Positions 56,601-64,000 of a DNA stretch of 64,000 nucleotides are shown here, piece by piece. The notes below the pieces were generated by a model, which had not been told where the DNA came from, did not search any database, and was given only the letters and a program-made list of their open reading frames with translations. Within the stretch, counting starts at the first letter, position 1; every line of letters begins with the position of its first letter. The DNA comes from Eledone cirrhosa (lineage: Eukaryota), in the NCBI GenBank assembly GCA_964016885.1, contig OZ024741.1, positions 55,676,001 to 55,740,000 on the forward strand, read 5' to 3'. The position numbers were made by a program, and so were the translations under genes.

Positions 56601-56643
56601 ACGGTGCTGATGATAGCTAAGAAGCTTGAAACTAGTACATCGT
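56601..56643 (+). ncRNA. Minimal type-I hammerhead ribozyme
   Basis: ACGGUG-CUGAUGA-UAGCUAAGAAGCUU-GAAAC-UA-GUA^CAUCGU: intact core, stem I ACGGUG/CAUCGU, stem II AGCU/AGCU, palindromic ACUAGU stem III. Confidence 0.85.
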
Positions 56644-57624
56644 TCCTGTGTCAGTGTTGAACAAAAAGGTGACGTGGTTGCCTTAACACCTAACGGAATA
56701 AATCAGGCTGTCCGTTTGTTTACAAACGGACAAAGCGGGCGTTATAATAAATGTCCGCTAAACTGATACGTACATATATATATGTGTACCTGTATGTATA
56801 TATATATATAACTATTATCATCTTATATTCTCTCAACTAATCACACTTGATCATATTTCTCTATCCCGTTTTCTCCCCCCATAATTATTATATTTTTATT
56901 ATTATTTGAAAAAATCGTTTTTTTTTACATTGTGTTTTCCCCTCCAAATATTCGCTTATATTTCTCTATATATTTTTTTATCTTTATTTTTTTATCTTTA
57001 TTATTTCCACTTTTATCCTCCTTTATATTTTACCTTATTCTTACCTTTATACCTTATTATAGTGTAATCTTCCCCATGCCTTATTATACACTATTAATTA
57101 TAGATTATTATTATTACTCTTTTTCCATTTCTAATTACCTCATGTACTTTCTCCTCCGCTATATATATATATATATATATATTGTATGCCCTTTGTGTTT
57201 GTGTAGCCTCTGCGCACCCTCTGCACCATACTATCGACGCCACCCCATCTATGGTTCAGCTAACCACCCGACTCCCGGGAATGAATATGACCGCAGCTAG
57301 TAAACAAGGAGCCACACTCCACCCTCCCGCACCAAAATTAGACTTATCGTCCCCTACTTTTGCTCTTTCCTCTTTACTCTTTGTTCTTGAATGTTTGGTT
57401 GGTAGAGTCCATAACACCAATCAAACCCCTTTTATAGCTCTGGCGAATCCTACGGTTACGTAAGGAAGAAACATTGTAAGCCAATAAAAATCTTTTGATG
57501 TTGTAGACGCTCTTGTGTTCTTTTTCATATATACGGCTCTGCTCCAAAGCATAGAGCTAATTATTATGCTGCCAATACCTTAATGGGACACGGGTATACA
57601 ATACCTAACTCCTATTAACCTAAG

Positions 57625-57690
<66 letters not shown>

Positions 57691-57764
57691 TGCTACTGTA
57701 CGTCTGTATACATATATGTATGTACGTATACATACATACTTACATATATATATATATATGTATG

Positions 57765-57850
<86 letters not shown>

Positions 57851-58061
57851 ATATAATGTAATATAATATATATTTATCACATATATTAATGTTATAAATG
57901 TGATGTATAAAGACTGTCAACTGTTCTACTTTAGTATAAAACATTCTCTTACACTCATTTTGTGTGGTAACTGGTGCACGCAAATAAACACTTCCGGTTG
58001 TCAAAATAGTATGTATGTATGTCTAACCTATATATATGTGCGTGAGTGTGTATGTGTGAGT

Positions 58062-58065
<4 letters not shown>

Positions 58066-58098
<33 letters not shown>

Positions 58099-58110
58099 GT
58101 GTACACACAT

Positions 58111-58172
<62 letters not shown>

Positions 58173-58185
58173 ATGTGTGTACACA

Positions 58186-58212
<27 letters not shown>
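58066..58212. repeat. Palindromic compound microsatellite (TG)n...(TA)n...(CA)n
   Basis: Interruptions are mirrored: TTGTGTACACACATAC / GTATGTGTGTACACAA around a central (TA)n. Confidence 0.85.
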
Positions 58213-58224
<12 letters not shown>

Positions 58225-58235
58225 AATATATATAT

Positions 58236-59078
58236 AATACGTATTTAAGAAAGCCACAACAATGCAGAGGGAAATCTCGAGGTAGGAAGTGAAAGATAGA
58301 TAGGAAAAACAGGTGAAAGTGAAAATTGAGAGAGACAAAGATGAAAACAAAACAAAGGTAGAAGGGTTGCCGTAGTAGAGATTTAATCCCAATATTTCGG
58401 GCTCACGCCCATCAACGGGGGAAAGTTCCAAAAGGGGGGGAACAGGCCAAGCGGAGAAAGTTGTGATGTCGTTAAGACAGGAATGCCGTTATGGGGAGAA
58501 AATTATTTAAAATTTAAACGAGGGAAAGAATGCGTGTGCGCGTGATAGGCTGTGGCAAAAGCTACTGACCAAATGGGTTTGATTTCCAGCTTCTACAGCC
58601 CACTATCTTTCACACACACACACACTCACACATATACACACTTACACTTATACACACACAGTTACACACACATATATATTTACACACACATATCTTACGG
58701 CTTTCACACGCTAGCGCACCCTCTTGATTTAACCCATTTGGTCAGTAGCTTTTGCCACAGCCTATCACGCGCACGCGCATTCTTTCCCTCGTTTAAATTT
58801 TAAATAATTTTCTTCCCATAACGGCATTCCTGTCTTAACGACATCACAACTTTCTCCGCTTGGCCTGTCCCCCCCCCCCCTTTTGGAACTTTCCCCCGTT
58901 GATGGGCGTGAGCCCGAAATATTGGGATTAAATCTCTACTACGGTAACCCTTCTACCTTTGTTTTGTTTTCATCTTTGTCTCTCTCAATTTTCACTTTCA
59001 CCTGTTTTTCCTATCTATCTTTCACTTCCTACCTCGAGATTTCCCTCTGCATTGTTGTGGCTTTCTTAAATACGTATT
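58236..59078. repeat. Inverted duplication, ~345-bp arms (58236-58579 / 58731-59078), ~150-bp spacer
   Basis: Same peptide MELSPVDGREPEILG... is read on both strands; only a few arm mismatches. Confidence 0.93.
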
Positions 59079-59874
59079 TTACACATTTCACAATGCTTCA
59101 AGCAAACTTTAACACCCTCATATATATATATATTATAATGAAATGACAGGAGGCTGGATTTGTGTAAATCCTTGAAAGGTTTATTATACTATGATCATTT
59201 CAATGACCGGGTTCCGTATGAATCCGGTGATATCATCAGGTATTCGAAATATAATACGTGAATGTAATAGATAAAATCCATGGGGCTGAAAATCGAGGAC
59301 CCGAGGACGACCGCTATCCAGCACCTTCTACCTTAGCCGGTCGCCCTCGAGTGACGTGGCTAAAGCCTACAGTGTGCTACTACCGGTCAGATAAAGGAAA
59401 ACAGAAAGGGATGGGAACATAAGTTAGCGTTAATCTCATGCCACAAAACAAATATATATATATATATACATTAAAAGAGAGAAATTAGAGTATAATAATC
59501 TAATATAATCTGTATTGCATACTAGTAGATTCGTACCGTCAATAATGACAGTTGACAGTGTTACCGGATATATGAACAAACATACAAACTGGAAAATATC
59601 TCAATTTGATAAATCAATGATTTGGATAAGAAAAGCCGCATAGTTTCTATTGATTACTGACAGATGGAAGGGATTAGAGATAATCAGTAAATGTTCATGT
59701 TGTTGTAAGTTATAATTACGTAAATGTTCAGCATATATGTTGCAAATTACATACAGAAAGAAATGTATATGTAACTTTGGAGGAATAACTATTTACAGAG
59801 ATAAAGAGATGTAGTGTTAGAAACCGGGACCTAATGAATGTAAAGCGAACATCTGAGTGAGATAGTGAATGCAT

Positions 59875-59938
<64 letters not shown>

Positions 59939-60349
59939 TGTGTGTGTATGTGTGAGAGAGAGTGTATGTGTGTGTGAGAGAGAGAGAGAGTGTGTGTGCG
60001 TGTATGTGTGCGTGTGAGAGAGTGAGAGATAGAGTGTGTATGTGTGTGAGAGAGAGAGTGTGGGGGGGGTGATACAGGCGATAAGCTTGCATGTAATAAT
60101 AAACAGCGTTGGTTTAGGAAAGTGCTTTTCGACTGCGTGGACTCGTAATATGAATTACACGATATTACGAATCCACATAGTCAAAAAGCACTTTCTTAAA
60201 CCAACACCGTTTATTACACAGTGATCCTTAATCTTTAAGTAGGGTTATTATGATTAGCCACGCTCTAAAACAGGACAGAAATTAAACAGATTATTTTACA
60301 CCTCTCATTATCCTTCCCTTTATGGAAACGGAAGTGCGACAAACTTGTC

Positions 60350-61648
60350 TGCAGCAACCACAGGAGGCATCACACTTCTCTCCATCCCAAGCAAGGTCTT
60401 CACCAAGATTCTCCTCAACCAGAAGCGGACGTCACCCACAACAAGCCGGATTCATGCCTAATCGATCCACTGCTGACCACATTTCTGCCATTATCGAAAA
60501 ATCTCGGGAGTTCCGTAGAGATCGCTGCCTCTACGTTGCCTTCGTCGACCTCAAGGCGGCTTTCGACAAGGTCGACCACACATCCCTCTCGAAAATTATC
60601 TACCCTGTTCCAACGGCTCTATAGCAGTGCCGGGAGCTGCGTGCGGGTGGACGGGAAGAACTTCGATTGGTTTCCCATCAACAGCGGGGTCAGACTAGCT
60701 GCGTGGCTGCCCCCAACCTCTTTAACTGTGTAATCGACTATCTGATGACCAAGGTTTGTGAGCAGCTTTCTAGCGTTACCTTCGGGGATTACCACCTAAC
60801 CGACCTGGAATACGCAGACGACACTACCCTATTCAGTAATTCGATGAATCAACTCAGAGATGCACTGGCCATATACAGCAACGCTTGACCTTCAGGTAAG
60901 ATGAGCGAAGACAAAGCTGATGCATGTCGGCAATAGCCCGGTCCTCCTCCGCTTCATATTGGCCCCGACGCCGTGGAATTTGTCAACTCCTTCATTTATC
61001 TAGGCTCGACTGTCACCAGCAATGGAGACCTGACCCCGAAGATCAACCGCAGATGTGGCCTGGGTTACGGGGTCATGCACTCCCTATGGAAGCCCCTTTG
61101 GTGTCATTGTTCAATCTTCCAGAAAACGAATCTCCATGTTTACAATGCATCGGTCCTCTCCATCTCCTCTATGGAGCAGAAACGTGGCCCCTCACAAAGA
61201 CCCTGGCAAAGAGGATTGACAGCTTCGATGCAAGAGCCCTGAGGACCATCAAAAACATAGGATGGGACCACCATGTTTCCAACAAAGTGTTGCTTGCGCG
61301 CACGCATCAGCCCACAGCTTCCCGGCTCATAGCTATCTGCCGCATGCGCTGGTATGGACATGTCCTCAGCTTTCCACCAAATCATCCTACCAGGGCTTTA
61401 CTCTCGTTCAACGCAGTGGCTGCAGGCTGGAAGAGGCCCCGTGGCAGGCCTCGCACCAGATGGCTTGATATCACCAGGGAAGATCTTCGGAAGCTCGACA
61501 TCCCCTTGGAGGATGCAGAAGAGCTGACACTGGACTGCCAGCGATGAAGAGCGCTGGTGGACCTGATCGGCTCTATGCACGACGATGCTTTGGGATCGCT
61601 GGCTTAGGTTGACCCAGGTCTCGTCAAGCAAGAGCAAGAAGAAGAAAA
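60350..61648 (+). mobile_element. 5'-truncated, frameshifted RTE-clade LINE (RT pseudogene)
   Basis: Motifs QAGF..RSTADHI, AFVDLKAAFDKV, LEYADD, VNSFIYLGS, LLYGAETW, RMRWYGHV, KRPRGRPRTRW across frames; 3' tail CAAGCAAGAGCAAGAAGAAGAA. Confidence 0.9.
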
Positions 61649-62250
61649 CTTGATGCCTAAATACACCGCCCTGTAAACACTACACCGTTTTTTTTGGTTT
61701 GAGCTTGCCGCTAGCTATCATAATTCTGTTTGCTGTTATTATCAAGCTACTTTATGTTTACTTCTCCCGCTTTTCTATTATATAGAGTGATTAATAATAA
61801 TTATGTACTTACCTATTGCACATCTATTAATGTAAAAACTACTTAATTACTGTTGTGGCTTTTAGACTGTTTTTCTCTGTATATTGCGACGTATCAGCAA
61901 TACACGATTATTTTTTTAACGCTTACACGAAATAATCTATATTGCCTAATGCCTCATAAGCCTAAAAAATACTTCGCCATGATCACCGCCTTGTACGTCT
62001 AACCGCTTCGCCTGCTTTCTTCATTGCTTGCCTATATTCACCATGCTACTGTTTTTGATTGATACGTGTTTTTGTTGAATTCAATCCCTCTTAATGACCC
62101 TGATGATATGCAAGTGTTTTATATATTGTATGAAAACTATTTCGATTGTTTCGAATTCCTTACCTACTGAAGACCTTAAGCGCGCATGAGCTTTTCACAC
62201 CTTACCAAAATTATTCCATTATAATCAATCCCATATACCCATATATATAT

Positions 62251-62990
62251 ACTAGCTGACGTACCCAGCTTCGTCCGGGTAAACAGATGATAAGAGAAGA
62301 CAGGTAAAAGAGAAAATGTCTGTATTGGATGTTTGTCTGGTTACAGTATGAGGCGAGTCCGTGGTGTCTGTGTGATACAGAAAACAGTAAAAAAACATCT
62401 TCCAGATATACCAGATTCTTCGTTGTACCGTTTGTGCATAGTATGTGAACAATTCTAGGTGCTCCCACCTAGAATAGTGACCTCTAGGAGATGGTTCATC
62501 TTCTGCCTGACTGTAAAACGTGTATCATTTCATAGACGTAGTTGTTCCACGTTTCTCAAAAGGATGATGGAAGTTCCAATCTTTTATATTATATGTAGAT
62601 ATAGATATAGATAATTAATATAAAAGATGATGCTCAGCCAGTTCGTCTTCAACCATCTCAGCACGCCGTCGCTGCTTGGCTCCAGTGTTTCGTTGGCGTT
62701 GTTCAGCCATCTCCTCTTCATTCATGGCGGCACGTCTTCGCCTCTGAATTTCGGCGTTCCGATGGCGCTGTTCGGCCCGTTTTTCTTCATTCCTGGCTGC
62801 ACGCCGTCGCCGCTGTAGTTCACTATTTGATGAAGTCGAATTGCTTTTACTTTCTGTGGAACGCTGCACGCACGCACACACACATAAACATTCTCGTACG
62901 TACATACACACACACACATGGTAATAGTTACAGCATTCACTTTGCCTCTTTTTCTTACTCTCCCCTCTCACTCCCTCATTGGCATTATGC
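62251..62990. mobile_element. Helitron/Helentron-like remnant
   Basis: ACTAGCTGACGTACCCAGCTTCGTCCGGG terminus at 62251; minus-strand repetitive charged peptide (QRRRRAARNEEKRAEQR..QRRRRAAMNEEEMAEQR) resembling Helitron N-terminal regions. Confidence 0.45.
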
Positions 62991-63283
62991 ATATTAATTT
63001 AAGTTTGGCGTCGTTGAGTTGAAACGTATGAACCACTGATAATCGATAATTATGACACACGGAATACTGACATTGTTGAAATTAATATATAGATGTGGGG
63101 GGGGGACCACAAACCCTCCATCTCAATTCTACTTTTGAAAAGCATAAGAACTGTAAAACCGGTAAAGGAAACAAATAAATATTCTTAAAAAGTTGCATTT
63201 TCGGATTTCATCTTTACTCTATATACTTTCACTCGTGTAGGACATCTCGTTTTTTTTTTACATTTAAAAAAAAAACTCATTTT

Positions 63284-63353
<70 letters not shown>

Positions 63354-63639
63354 GTTCTGTCGTCGTATATCAACGTATGAGGATTCAACAGTCTTCTCAG
63401 TTCATTTTTTATGGTTATGCCTTAAATGGTACTTCAGAACAGCTGCTGATTTACACATCAGACTGAATTTAGTGCAGATGGCAGGATTTTGAGCAGAAGA
63501 ATGAAAAGTTGATCGGATCTTGGTGTTAGATCTTAAACCCCGAAGATGGACCAAACGAAATTTTTCAAAGTTCTTTATACCTTCATGTTAGACAGTTCTC
63601 CATCGTCCACGGTCAGCAGCTAGGTCTTCAAAAGAAGTA

Positions 63640-63950
63640 AGAGGTGTGGTCCCAGATTTAAGATTGTACTTCATATTTGAGTAATGGCATGTCTACATTA
63701 CATGCACCATTATGAAGTTGACTGTATAACAATATCTTATGTGGGTGGTCCTCAGCCATCTGTAGGACATGACCAGCCCTTCTCGTGAACAGATCGACAT
63801 TGGAGACACTGTCAGAAAGTGCACAATCACAGATAGAGCGAAGACAATGTTTCTGGAAGACATCAAATTTATAAACTCGCCCCAAAACAGTTAAGTAACT
63901 GCCATCTTAAATCTCCTGCATCAATCTTCAGTAAGCCTTGCCTTATCTCC
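63640..63950 (-). mobile_element. Degraded RTE/BovB-like LINE 3' fragment
   Basis: Minus strand FQKHCLRSIC...AGHVLQMAEDHPHKILLYSQLHNG matches the RTE post-RT region. Confidence 0.7.
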
Positions 63951-63952
63951 AG

Positions 63953-64000
<48 letters not shown>

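Overview
Eukaryotic, repeat-dominated window. The SINE families, (TA)n density and Penelope/RTE content look cephalopod (octopus)-like, which is an inference. About 34.7 kb (1-1872 and 7720-40531) is a tandem satellite of two related monomers (30 and 32 bp) with kb-scale higher-order duplications. It is interrupted by one essentially full-length ~5.85 kb Tx1/L1-clade non-LTR retrotransposon: ORF1 with a CCHC knuckle, and ORF2 with APE, RT and CCHC domains and a single in-frame TGA. The remaining ~23.5 kb is AT-rich intron/intergenic-type DNA. It holds tRNA-derived SINEs, several Penelope-like element (PLE) remnants arranged as inverted/direct duplications, three recognisable minimal type-I hammerhead ribozyme motifs (two with intact cores) plus degenerate ones, many long fold-back palindromes next to (TA)n tracts, RTE LINE and Helitron/Helentron fragments, and one probable host exon encoding an SRCR domain on the minus strand. 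The many long ORFs in the satellite are translation artefacts.
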